Of a DNA stretch of 64,000 bases, positions 17,195 to 25,806 are shown piece by piece. A program made the translations under genes and the position numbers. The notes beneath the pieces are model-generated. The model was not told the DNA's origin, searched no databases, and saw nothing but the letters and a program-made list of their open reading frames with translations. The stretch comes from an uncultured Bacteroidota bacterium (GTDB lineage Bacteria; Bacteroidota; Bacteroidia; Bacteroidales; CAIWKO01). Location: assembly GCA_937934705.1 (NCBI GenBank), contig CALGYY010000098.1, positions 39,485 to 103,484 of the forward strand. Direction: 5' to 3'. Position 1 is the stretch's first letter. Every line of letters begins with the position of its first letter.

Positions 17195-18134
17195 TATAGA
17201 TGTTGTTATTGTGCCATTCGATATATTGCTCATTTGGCCGGTCAATAAAACGATTTGGGAGAATTTGCAAGGGTTTTCCTTGAAACTGGTAATACTCACG
17301 ACCGTTCTCAAATTCCTCCTTGATGCGAGGGCTGACTTCCACTCGCAGATCCTTTGTTAAAGTTATATACCCGGCATCGTAGAGCTTGTGCAAATCGGCC
17401 CGTAAAAGAATTCCATTCGAAATGTGATTAGGGCCGGAATCGGCAAATGGCTTAATATGCGCTGCTTCCAGCACAGGCAACGTCTTTTCACCGGTCACAG
17501 AGCATTTGCGAAAATACGCATCGGTCAACTGAACCCTGAATGCTCCTTGGCCCAGACGAACCTTGGTCAAGTACCTACGTGTGTATTCGGCTTCCGGTTC
17601 TTCAAGTATAAGCTGGCTTTTATTGTTTTCCGCCTGTTCAAAGAATCTATTCGCTTGTAAAACCATTTCAATTTTTGCCCAAAGCTTCCTGCCGGCTTCC
17701 GAGCTTTCATCGTAAGATTTCCCCTGGACGATACTCCTGCTCCAGTCTTCAGGCACAGGGATCCATTCTTCGCGTTTGAAAAATATAGGCGCAGTAAGAA
17801 TGACGCAGCCAATATTGGGATTGGCTGAAAACAAGTTGTCGCTTGATCGATATCCCACGATCTTCTTTTTGAAATGCGATAAAGAGGAGAGTCCGTTTCG
17901 CTCACCGAAAATATCCCAAGCCACATCCAACGGTAGAATCGAATGAGAAGAAAAGAACCCGATACCAGCGATTGCGTTAAAAGGGCTTTTAAGTTTGAAA
18001 AGAAAGGGTGCCCCCGGTTTAAGCACTTTAAAACTTGCATTTCCTCCCGGTTGCCAGAAATTGATGTCCTCATTATCTCTCTGAGAGAGGTAGTTGTACC
18101 AATCAATGTCCGTAACTCCAAGGTAGAACCTCAT
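17187..18134 (-). CDS. HNH endonuclease (HNH_2-type) with uncharacterised N-terminal domain
   Basis: 315 aa: C-terminal CSVTGEKTLPVLEAAHIKPF..GPNHISNGILLRADLHKLYDAGYITL is the PF13391-type HNH signature. The N-terminal ~120 aa are unassigned. Confidence 0.75.
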   Translation of the reverse strand: MRFYLGVTDIDWYNYLSQRDNEDINFWQPGGNASFKVLKPGAPFLFKLKSPFNAIAGIGFFSSHSILPLDVAWDIFGERNGLSSLSHFKKKIVGYRSSDNLFSANPNIGCVILTAPIFFKREEWIPVPEDWSRSIVQGKSYDESSEAGRKLWAKIEMVLQANRFFEQAENNKSQLILEEPEAEYTRRYLTKVRLGQGAFRVQLTDAYFRKCSVTGEKTLPVLEAAHIKPFADSGPNHISNGILLRADLHKLYDAGYITLTKDLRVEVSPRIKEEFENGREYYQFQGKPLQILPNRFIDRPNEQYIEWHNNNIYNG

Positions 18135-18150
18135 GCTTTGCTTTAAAACT

Positions 18151-18158
18151 CAAAATTA
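18151..18158 (-). promoter_or_regulatory. Candidate -7 promoter box (TAATTTTG)
   Basis: Minus-strand TAATTTTG lies 17-24 nt upstream of the HNH ATG (18134). Confidence 0.4.
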
Positions 18159-18371
18159 GGATATTTAAATGTAAAAAAATATGATTTTGATAAATCAATT
18201 TCTGCGGATTGGTCATTAATGTCGATAAACGTGGTGATTAATGTGATATCTTGTCGTTCCGCGATACAAATTCTTTTTCGGCCAGCTTGGCGGAGATACG
18301 CGATTCCACGACACCATCAATGGACTGGTTTTACTCGCTGAGTTGCTGTTTTGGATGCACAATAGAGAGAG

Positions 18372-20252
18372 TTATCTGTTTTTAGATTCACCTCCTTTTT
18401 GTATGGCGAGTTCTAAAAACTCCTTCAATTCTTTATCCGTGCACCACACATAACACCCCTTCAGCCCCCTTGTCATCAGCGTGCGGTAGGTGTTGCGGAT
18501 GAGGGCGCTGATGATTCGTTTGGCATGGGCTTCGTCTGTTTTCAGCAGGGACTTGTATCCATTCAGGGATTTGTCCATTCGGGAGCGTTTTGAGGGATCC
18601 ACCAGCACCTGACCGTTGCGGGCAACGAGATCAGGACCGATGATCACCCCGATATAATCTACCTCCAGTCCCTGGCAAGTGTGGATGCAGCCGATCTCGT
18701 TCACGGAATTCGGCATCATGATCCACCTGGAACCATCGGAAGTAAGGTTCCATTTCATTGCAAATTGGTGTTCGTGAATGACAATGTCCATGGCCTTTGA
18801 GTCCCTCTTGCTTTTCCAGTCCCAGCAATAACCGGCCACCAGTCTCGCACTGTTTCGTTCGGCATTCTTTTCAAAGATCAGGTCGCGTAATGCGTTGGGA
18901 GAATCAAGCACGCGGAAGTCAAATGAATCACTGTCGAATTCGGTATTGGCGGTTTCCCGGATTTGCAGCACCTGATCGAGCCAGGCCAGATAGCCGTCGG
19001 AACCGTTGCAGCGGAACTGTGAGGTAAGTTCGGTCTGGTAAATATCAGCCCCCTGCAGTTTTGCCCAGCGAATGATCTCTTCCTTAGTGCCGATATCCTT
19101 CAATGTAACCTTCTGATCTTCGTCGATAAAGAAAACCGTGTTCCGGGCCGAATGGATCAACTCCTTGATCTGGTTCTCCCCCAGGTTCTGGTACATGCCC
19201 GATTTCGCATTCAGCCGGTGGGCTTCGTCAACAATGAGGGTGTCGAACTGGTCCTTTTTGGCATCGGTGAAGGCTCCTGAACCCTTGAACAGGTGCGCGA
19301 ACTGGGTTTTAGAGAGTGTTCCGGTAAGTTTGTTCTGGTAAACTTCGCGGGGGGCAGCATTCTTGGTGACGTATTGTACAAGCATTCCTGCCCTGGTCAT
19401 CTTCACCAGCAGGTTCACAGCCACCACCGATTTCCCGGTACCAGGGCCACCTTCCACGATAAGTACCGATTTCCGGGGACCGGCATATTTCTTACTCAGT
19501 GCCATGGCAGTTTCAAACACGATCTTCTGGTCGTCAATCATGACGAATTCTTCCTTGCCCTTCAGCAAGGCCGCCAGACTATCGGCCAGGATCTTCGACG
19601 GACGGATCTTTCCCTTGTCAATGCGGTACATCAACTGGCGGGTGTCACCGTACTTCACATATTTGCGGATGAACTCACGCAGCATACGGATATCGGTCTT
19701 CAGGAAGAGCGGGGCTTTGTTGATGTGTTCCTGATAAAAGGGGTGATCGATGATACCATCACTTGCATAATTATGCAGGTAGGCGCAGGGTCGTAATTTG
19801 ATATTCTCCTCGTAAATGGTTTGATTGAACCCCTCCAACAGGGCGGCATACGACCAGGCCTGGTAGGAGGGATGACTGGTCTCTACCATGCCTTTTTCGA
19901 AGCAGGTTCTGACCACGGCATCCTTGTCAGTAAGCTCTACCTTCGACCATTGCTTGAGTTCGATGATGATGACCTGTTCTGCCTGCTCTGCATTCATGCC
20001 GGTGATTACAAAGTCCATGCGCTTGGAGGTCTGCGGGATCTGGACCTCAATGCTGACACCGGCATCGCCCGGTATCCCGGGGTCGCCCATGACGGTGTTC
20101 ATAAAAACCATGGAACTTTGCCAGGAGCGTACTTCGTTTTTTGCAACGTTCCGATTTAGTTTTTTACGGAATTCTTTCAGGATGATGTTTTCGATGTCTC
20201 CGGTAAGGACATCTTCGCAGAACTGATCCCGGGTCTTTTGGTAAACGATCAT
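18372..20252 (-). CDS. DUF2075-type (Schlafen-group-3-helicase-like) ATPase with N-terminal PD-(D/E)xK-like nuclease motif, copy A
   Basis: 626 aa: RMDFVITG..IIIELKQW (D..ExK), Walker A GGPGTGKS, Walker B LIVDEAHRL, C-terminal YRTLMTRGLKGCYVW. Confidence 0.8.
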   Translation of the reverse strand: MIVYQKTRDQFCEDVLTGDIENIILKEFRKKLNRNVAKNEVRSWQSSMVFMNTVMGDPGIPGDAGVSIEVQIPQTSKRMDFVITGMNAEQAEQVIIIELKQWSKVELTDKDAVVRTCFEKGMVETSHPSYQAWSYAALLEGFNQTIYEENIKLRPCAYLHNYASDGIIDHPFYQEHINKAPLFLKTDIRMLREFIRKYVKYGDTRQLMYRIDKGKIRPSKILADSLAALLKGKEEFVMIDDQKIVFETAMALSKKYAGPRKSVLIVEGGPGTGKSVVAVNLLVKMTRAGMLVQYVTKNAAPREVYQNKLTGTLSKTQFAHLFKGSGAFTDAKKDQFDTLIVDEAHRLNAKSGMYQNLGENQIKELIHSARNTVFFIDEDQKVTLKDIGTKEEIIRWAKLQGADIYQTELTSQFRCNGSDGYLAWLDQVLQIRETANTEFDSDSFDFRVLDSPNALRDLIFEKNAERNSARLVAGYCWDWKSKRDSKAMDIVIHEHQFAMKWNLTSDGSRWIMMPNSVNEIGCIHTCQGLEVDYIGVIIGPDLVARNGQVLVDPSKRSRMDKSLNGYKSLLKTDEAHAKRIISALIRNTYRTLMTRGLKGCYVWCTDKELKEFLELAIQKGGESKNR

Positions 20253-20578
20253 AACTCGTTATACTTTTTTGCTGTACCCTTTGATTTATCCACTGGATAC
20301 TTTTCTCCGTTTCTGCGGATCTTATCCAGCACAATGCTTTTCACATCGAGCTGATATTTGTCGGCCAGCAGGAGGGCGAAGGCAAGAACATCGGCCAGTT
20401 CTTCTTTGATCTTCTCCGCGTCAGCTTCTTCGGCCTTTTTCCACAGGAAAAGCTCAAGAAGTTCTCCGGCTTCAACATTGATGGCCAGCGCGAGGTCTTT
20501 GGGATTATGAAACTGCTCCCAGTCGCGTTCATTGCGGAATTTCAGCAGAGCATCGGTAAGTTCTTTGAATTCGTTCAT
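20249..20578 (-). CDS. MazG-like (all-alpha, DCTPP1/YpjD-type) nucleotide pyrophosphohydrolase, copy A
   Basis: 109 aa: LLKFRNERDWEQFHNPKDLALAINVEAGELLELFLWKK..KEELADVLAF. The stop overlaps the ATG of the downstream DUF2075 gene (ATGA). Confidence 0.85.
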   Translation of the reverse strand: MNEFKELTDALLKFRNERDWEQFHNPKDLALAINVEAGELLELFLWKKAEEADAEKIKEELADVLAFALLLADKYQLDVKSIVLDKIRRNGEKYPVDKSKGTAKKYNEL

Positions 20579-20782
20579 GGCAAGTCATTAACAATTATTT
20601 GATATCCATCCTTTTATTCAGCACATGGTACAGCAGGCAGAAAAGAGATAGCAAATGTATGCTTCACCTTCGAGGAATCAAAGACAAAGTGTGTTAAAGT
20701 GTCGACCAAAATCAGTTTTTAATAAACCAGTTGAATGCTTAACTTTATTAGCAATCCATTTTTCCCATCCTTAGTATCCTTT

Positions 20783-21112
20783 TTAGGCTATGTCAGTATT
20801 TGTAACCCTCCCCACCGCCTCCATCACCGCCTTCGTCATCTCCTCCCGGCTCTTCGGATCCAGCGTTTTGAACACCTTGTTGATCTCCTTCTGAATAGGA
20901 TCCTGCTTGTTCCCCGGGTCGAATTTGCGGTACATCAGGAACATCCCAACAATGGTGATGATGCTGGGCAGAAAGGGGGTGAGTTTTTGACGCAACAAAC
21001 TTGACAAAACTGGCCTTAAACATCTTAATAACAGCATCCCGATACACTGTGCCATCGGGACTCGTTCGAGCAGTAAATTTAGTTCACCTCGCTCTTGAAA
21101 TTTGAGTTTCAC
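20783..21112 (-). CDS. Hypothetical small protein (one hydrophobic segment); coding status uncertain
   Basis: 109-aa ORF with a plausible C-terminal half (..KFDPGNKQDPIQKEINKVFKTLDPKSREEMTKAVMEAVG..). No recognisable family; competing overlapping ORFs. Confidence 0.3.
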   Translation of the reverse strand: MKLKFQERGELNLLLERVPMAQCIGMLLLRCLRPVLSSLLRQKLTPFLPSIITIVGMFLMYRKFDPGNKQDPIQKEINKVFKTLDPKSREEMTKAVMEAVGRVTNTDIA

Positions 21113-21218
21113 GAATAAACAAAGGCCATGATCGGAATCATTGGCTCATATGAACCTTGAGGTCTGGCTGGCACACATGAAATTGACGGGTAATACATCA
21201 AATTCAAAAGATATTTGC

Positions 21219-21242
21219 CAGGTAACTACCGGTAGTTACCTG
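21219..21242. repeat. Perfect 24-bp palindrome CAGGTAACTACCGGTAGTTACCTG
   Basis: Checked base by base around the centre at 21230/21231. Followed by ACGTTTTT on the plus strand. Confidence 0.95.
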
Positions 21243-21720
21243 ACGTTTTTAGTCTCTATATTAACCCAAGATAGTGATGAAAGTGCTTGATATTGTTGAA
21301 TATAGGAGCAGGCGATTGTTGGCAGACTTCGCCTTCACCTGTAATGAAATTAACCCCCCGGAGGAAAAGACAATTACGCTTACAATCACTTATCTGAATG
21401 GGGATGAAAATGTCCAGTTTTTATGTTAAAAAACCGGACAAATAATGCTCTAAAAAGCAGATCCAGAGCGACCATGATCCCGCTCCATCGCTCTGTCTTT
21501 GCATCAGGGTGAGGAAAGTCATCGGGTTTGTGAAAATAGGGGCGGGGAACATGCCCTCAATCTGGTTGCAATCAACTCTTTTTCTTACGAAATGGAATAT
21601 TTAATTATATTTTAATAACTTTGTAATTAAGATACATGTTTTTAATGAAACCGCCGGCGGCACTGGTGCTTGCCTGTTGTCGACGAATGTGCGCATTTAT
21701 TGACCCTAAATTCACTTCTC

Positions 21721-22695
21721 ATGAAAAGGAAAATGATGATCATGATGGCGTCTGTAATCGCTGTCGGGATAAGCTTAACACTGACCCAGAGTTGCAAGAA
21801 AGACAAGGTGCCTGTGCTGACTACTGTCGCAGTGACCGGCATTACCGCCACATCCGCCATCAGCGGAGGTACGATCACTGACGACAGAGGAGCTGAGGTT
21901 ATTGCGTCTGGTGTATGCTGGAGTACTTCTGCCGATCCGACGGTGGACAATTCAAAGACCCAGGACGGACCCGCTGTTTCCGGCTTTGTCAGTACCCTGG
22001 AAGGCCTTTCATCCAACACAACCTATTATATAAGGGCATATGCCACCAACAAAGAAGGCACAGGGTATGGTAATCAGTTGAGCTTTACAACCTCGGGCGG
22101 GGCCACGGTGACTGACTATGATGGAAATATTTACCATACAGTTACCATAGGCACACAAACCTGGCTGGTCGAGAATCTCCTGGTGATTCATTACCGCAAC
22201 GGAGATCCTATTCCCGGGGTGACAAACGCCTCTTCCTGGGAAGACTTAAGTACCGGAGCTTATTGTGATTATGATAATACATCGGGTAATCGTGAACATT
22301 ACGGTGTATATTATAACTGGCACGCGGTGAACGATAGTCGCAACATTGCACCTGTTGGCTGGCACGTGCCGACCCTGACTGAAATGAACACCCTGGTCAC
22401 CTATCTGGGCGGAACTTCAGTAGCCGGTGGGAAACTGAAAGAGATAGGATTGTCACACTGGAATTCACCCAATACCGGAGCCACGAATGAAACCGGTTTC
22501 ACTGCTGTTGGCGGGGGATATCGGGATTATAACGGAACATTCAGCAGCATAAAAACATACGGAGAATTGTGGACATCAACATCTATGGATGCAGGCAATG
22601 CATACGGCATGGTCTTATATTATAATACGGCCTCCTTTTCTGTCGGACAACAAAACAAGAAAGACGGATTCAATGTGAGGTGCATCAGGGATTAG
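21721..22695 (+). CDS. FISUMP (Fibrobacter succinogenes major paralogous) domain lipoprotein
   Basis: ORF 21670-22695; the ATG at 21721 gives MKRKMMIMMASVIAVGISLTLTQSC lipobox. DYDGNIYHTVTIGTQTWLVENL, YYNWHAV, GWHVPT..E, FNVRCIRD. Confidence 0.85.
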   Translation: MKRKMMIMMASVIAVGISLTLTQSCKKDKVPVLTTVAVTGITATSAISGGTITDDRGAEVIASGVCWSTSADPTVDNSKTQDGPAVSGFVSTLEGLSSNTTYYIRAYATNKEGTGYGNQLSFTTSGGATVTDYDGNIYHTVTIGTQTWLVENLLVIHYRNGDPIPGVTNASSWEDLSTGAYCDYDNTSGNREHYGVYYNWHAVNDSRNIAPVGWHVPTLTEMNTLVTYLGGTSVAGGKLKEIGLSHWNSPNTGATNETGFTAVGGGYRDYNGTFSSIKTYGELWTSTSMDAGNAYGMVLYYNTASFSVGQQNKKDGFNVRCIRD

Positions 22696-22955
22696 CTTAC
22701 CGGTGTTTACTGAGCAATTGATAACAATGGTTTCCGGTTGATGACAGTGCATACATGCATTATATCTTGGCTTGCTAAAGCTCACTATCACTTCAAGAAC
22801 CGATCACAACGGCCACTTTCTTTCTCTTCTGCCTGAACAGCTCTGTTCTCCGTTTTTATGTGATTTCTTTCAGGTGAAAATCAGGACTGACCTAAATGGG
22901 CTTACCGTTTATAGATTAACCGCAAATATGTCAAAATGCTTCTGCAATACCGTAT

Positions 22956-23066
22956 TTAATACAATCCTGTTTCGATGGCGAAGCGCACCAGGTCTGCTGT
23001 GTTGTTCAGATGCAGTTTTTCCGGAATAGCACCGCCGTCTTGTGCAGGATCAAAAAAAAATCGCAT
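22956..23066 (-). pseudogene. Possible 3' remnant of a LuxR-type HTH regulator
   Basis: The minus-strand 36-codon ORF ends ..EKLHLNNTADLVRFAIETGLY*, resembling the last helices of LuxR/NarL-type HTH domains. The upstream part is not LuxR-like. Confidence 0.3.
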
Positions 23067-23107
23067 ATTTGTAAGTCTTTGTTACTGTCTAACCAAAACT
23101 TTTTACA

Positions 23108-24808
23108 ATGAGACGATTTTTACTGATCCTGCTGATGGGTCTGTGGGCCTTTGTCCAGACCGCCTTCACTGCCCCGGTCGACGTGCAGACCGCCCGCACT
23201 GTTGCTACCCATTTCTACTTTGAGCGCTTCAATATCCAGGGCCATACAACAATGGAAGAGATCACCTGGGATGAGGTGATCCCGGTCAGCCGCGACGGCG
23301 TACTTCTGTATTATATATTCAACCACAGCCAGGGAAAAGGTTGGGTAGCGGTTTCAGCCGATGACCGGACCATCCCGGTGATGAGTTATACCTTTAAAGG
23401 CACTTACGGACAAGGGGAAAAACCCCCGGCCTTTGTGGAGTGGATGAAGGCCTACGAAGATCAGATCCTGAATGTGATCGAAAACGATTTTCCCCGCAGT
23501 GAGGAAGCCACAGCCCTCTGGGAAGGATACATCCATTTTGATATTCACGGAACGAAAAGTACCCTTGCCATGTCACCCCTGCTCGGAACCATTTACTGGG
23601 GACAGGGTTGTTATTTCAATGCCCAGTGTCCGACCCATTACCTGGGCGATTGCGGCCGTGTTCCAACAGGTTGTGTGGCCACTGCCATGGCTATGATCAT
23701 GAAGAAACACGCCTATCCCACCCATGGGTTCAGCTCTCATTCCTATACGCATTCTACTTATGGCGTGCAGTCTGCCAATTTCGGTACGGCTACTTACGGA
23801 TGGGCCAGTATGCCCAATTCAGTGAGCAGTTCCAACACCGAGGTGGCGGAAATTATGAGGCATTGTGGTGTGGCTGTAGATATGGATTACAATGTTGCAG
23901 GTTCAGGAGCCTATTTATCGGATGCCACCGCTGCCTTCAAAACCTATTTTATCTACGCGGCGACTTATGCCTATAAGGCGTCCTATTCCGATGCGGACTG
24001 GAAACTCATGCTGAAGGAAGACCTTGACCTGGGCCGGCCGATTCTTTACGCCGGTCAGGCCACCGGAGGCGGACATGCTTTTGTGTGCGACGGTTACCAG
24101 GGCACCAGCAACGACCACTTCCATTTCAACTGGGGTTGGGAAGGCGCTTACAACAGTTACAACTATCTTGACTATCTGGTACCGGGTAATAATACCGGAA
24201 ACGGCAATTACACCAGTTACCAGGAAGCCGTGGTGCACATCTATCCCGATCCGGCAACATTACCGGTGGCGAACTTCTCGGCCAGTTATATTTCACTTCC
24301 TGCCAACAACTTCACCACCCTGGTGGATCAGTCGCAGAACGATCCTCTGATCTGGTCGTGGACGATCACTCCATCCACGGGCACAAGCTTTGTCGGCGGC
24401 ACCACCAGCGCATCCAAGAGTCCCAAGGTGGCTTTTACCATTCCGGGCCAGTACACGGTATCGATGACCTGTACCAATTCTGCCGGCAGTGATACGGAAA
24501 CCAAGAACAATTACATTACCGTGACCAGCGGGGCAGGGATGGATGATCCTGAAGCGGCGTCTGTTGTACTTTATCCCAATCCCGTGAGCGATCTTCTGGT
24601 GATCACCAAACCCACCGGTGCATTCCCTCAGGATTCCCGTATTGCGCTTTACAGCAGCATTGGCTCGCTTGTAGCCGCTGAACTTCCGTGGGAACAAAAC
24701 GGCGACCAGCTCAGGATATCACTGGGCGGATTTCCCGAGGGGGTGTATATGATGAGTTTCAGAAGTAGTAGCCTGAATTTTACCCGCAGACTGGTGCTTA
24801 TGCACTAG
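23108..24808 (+). CDS. C10 (streptopain-like) cysteine peptidase with propeptide, PKD-like domain and T9SS C-terminal sorting domain
   Basis: GCVATAMAMIMKKHAYP (catalytic Cys), GGHAFVCDGY (His), FHFNWGWEG. C-terminus VLYPNPVSDLLVI..GVYMMSF. Confidence 0.85.
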   Translation: MRRFLLILLMGLWAFVQTAFTAPVDVQTARTVATHFYFERFNIQGHTTMEEITWDEVIPVSRDGVLLYYIFNHSQGKGWVAVSADDRTIPVMSYTFKGTYGQGEKPPAFVEWMKAYEDQILNVIENDFPRSEEATALWEGYIHFDIHGTKSTLAMSPLLGTIYWGQGCYFNAQCPTHYLGDCGRVPTGCVATAMAMIMKKHAYPTHGFSSHSYTHSTYGVQSANFGTATYGWASMPNSVSSSNTEVAEIMRHCGVAVDMDYNVAGSGAYLSDATAAFKTYFIYAATYAYKASYSDADWKLMLKEDLDLGRPILYAGQATGGGHAFVCDGYQGTSNDHFHFNWGWEGAYNSYNYLDYLVPGNNTGNGNYTSYQEAVVHIYPDPATLPVANFSASYISLPANNFTTLVDQSQNDPLIWSWTITPSTGTSFVGGTTSASKSPKVAFTIPGQYTVSMTCTNSAGSDTETKNNYITVTSGAGMDDPEAASVVLYPNPVSDLLVITKPTGAFPQDSRIALYSSIGSLVAAELPWEQNGDQLRISLGGFPEGVYMMSFRSSSLNFTRRLVLMH

Positions 24809-25712
24809 GATCGCGGGGAGGAGTTTTCTTTTCTTTTGAAGAGAAGATCTTTTTGATGGCCAATACAAACAAGATGGCCGTGAAAAAGCTGAACATGGCG
24901 TACACCACGGCCGGCTTTTCCATTTCCGCATTTTGGAGAATGGTCCCTGAGATCAGCAGGGCCAGTGCGGTATTGTGCAGTCCCACCTCAATGGAAATGG
25001 TATACTGATCGTGGAAAGGGATGCGCATGATGCGGCCACTGAAAAAGCCGGCGCTCATGGCCAGAACGTTCAGAATAATGAGGGGAGGGAAGAGGTAAAG
25101 GGTTTCGTTCAGGCTGATGCCGGTCCCTCCGCTGCTTTCGCCCAGGAAGACCTTAATGGTAAAAACTGTGGCCAGCATGGCGGGAAGAATGAACTTCAGC
25201 GGTTTTTCCAGGCTGATGGCCAGCCCTGCTTTGTAACGACGGATGAAAATTCCCAGGAAAGCCGGGAGGATGGTCACGATGAAGATCTGGAAAACGGTTT
25301 CCCAGAAGGGCAGGCTGATCTCTTTCTGCACACCCAGAAAGGTGAGCAGGGCCAGGTTCACCATCAGGGGTACGGAAACCAGGGTAATCAGGCTGTTGAT
25401 GGTGGTCATGGATATGGCCAGGGCGACATTTCCTTTCAGCAGATGGGAGATCAGGTTGGAAGATGCGCCGCTTGCGCAGACGGATACGATGACGATGCCC
25501 ACCTTCATGGGTGCGCTCAATCCGCTGAGTGCGGCGATCAGGAAAGCAATGACCGGTACGATGAGCAACTGCGCGCCCAGGGCCGTAAAAAGTGAACGGG
25601 GGTGGATGAAGATGTTCCTGAAATCCTTCATGGTGAGCGACAGACCGATACCCAGCATGATGATAGCCAGTACCGCGTTGATCAGGATGTCGATATACGA
25701 ATAGTCCCCCAT
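24798..25712 (-). CDS. Bile acid:sodium symporter (BASS/SBF) family transporter
   Basis: 304-aa polytopic protein: LGIGLSLTMKDF.., SVCASGASSNLISHLLKGNVALAISMT. Confidence 0.8.
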   Translation of the reverse strand: MGDYSYIDILINAVLAIIMLGIGLSLTMKDFRNIFIHPRSLFTALGAQLLIVPVIAFLIAALSGLSAPMKVGIVIVSVCASGASSNLISHLLKGNVALAISMTTINSLITLVSVPLMVNLALLTFLGVQKEISLPFWETVFQIFIVTILPAFLGIFIRRYKAGLAISLEKPLKFILPAMLATVFTIKVFLGESSGGTGISLNETLYLFPPLIILNVLAMSAGFFSGRIMRIPFHDQYTISIEVGLHNTALALLISGTILQNAEMEKPAVVYAMFSFFTAILFVLAIKKIFSSKEKKTPPRDPSA

Positions 25713-25806
25713 GAGGCTGAAAAGAGCTGCGAAATTAGCATAATTCGGGGCAACAAAAAAAAGAGGCTGACATTCGCGCCAGCCTCTTTTTCAATGACCT
25801 GATCTT

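Noticed and set aside
17567-18121. 184-aa alternative-frame ORF inside the HNH gene
   Set aside because: It is in a different frame on the same strand as a motif-supported HNH protein. Its sequence is low-quality and has no motifs.
18135-18371. Possible gene remnant in the gap between the two modules (minus-strand ..NQSIDGVVESRISAKLAEKEFVSRNDKISH*)
   Set aside because: It is only ~30 codons bounded by stops, with no family-specific motif I can name. There is not enough evidence to call a pseudogene.
14714-21720. Classical tRNA-Gln-integrated island with integrase and att repeats
   Set aside because: No integrase or recombinase gene is present. By eye I found no second copy of the tRNA-Gln 3' end (..GGTTCGACCCCTGGCGGGACA) at the far side. 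I describe it only as a tRNA-adjacent hotspot.
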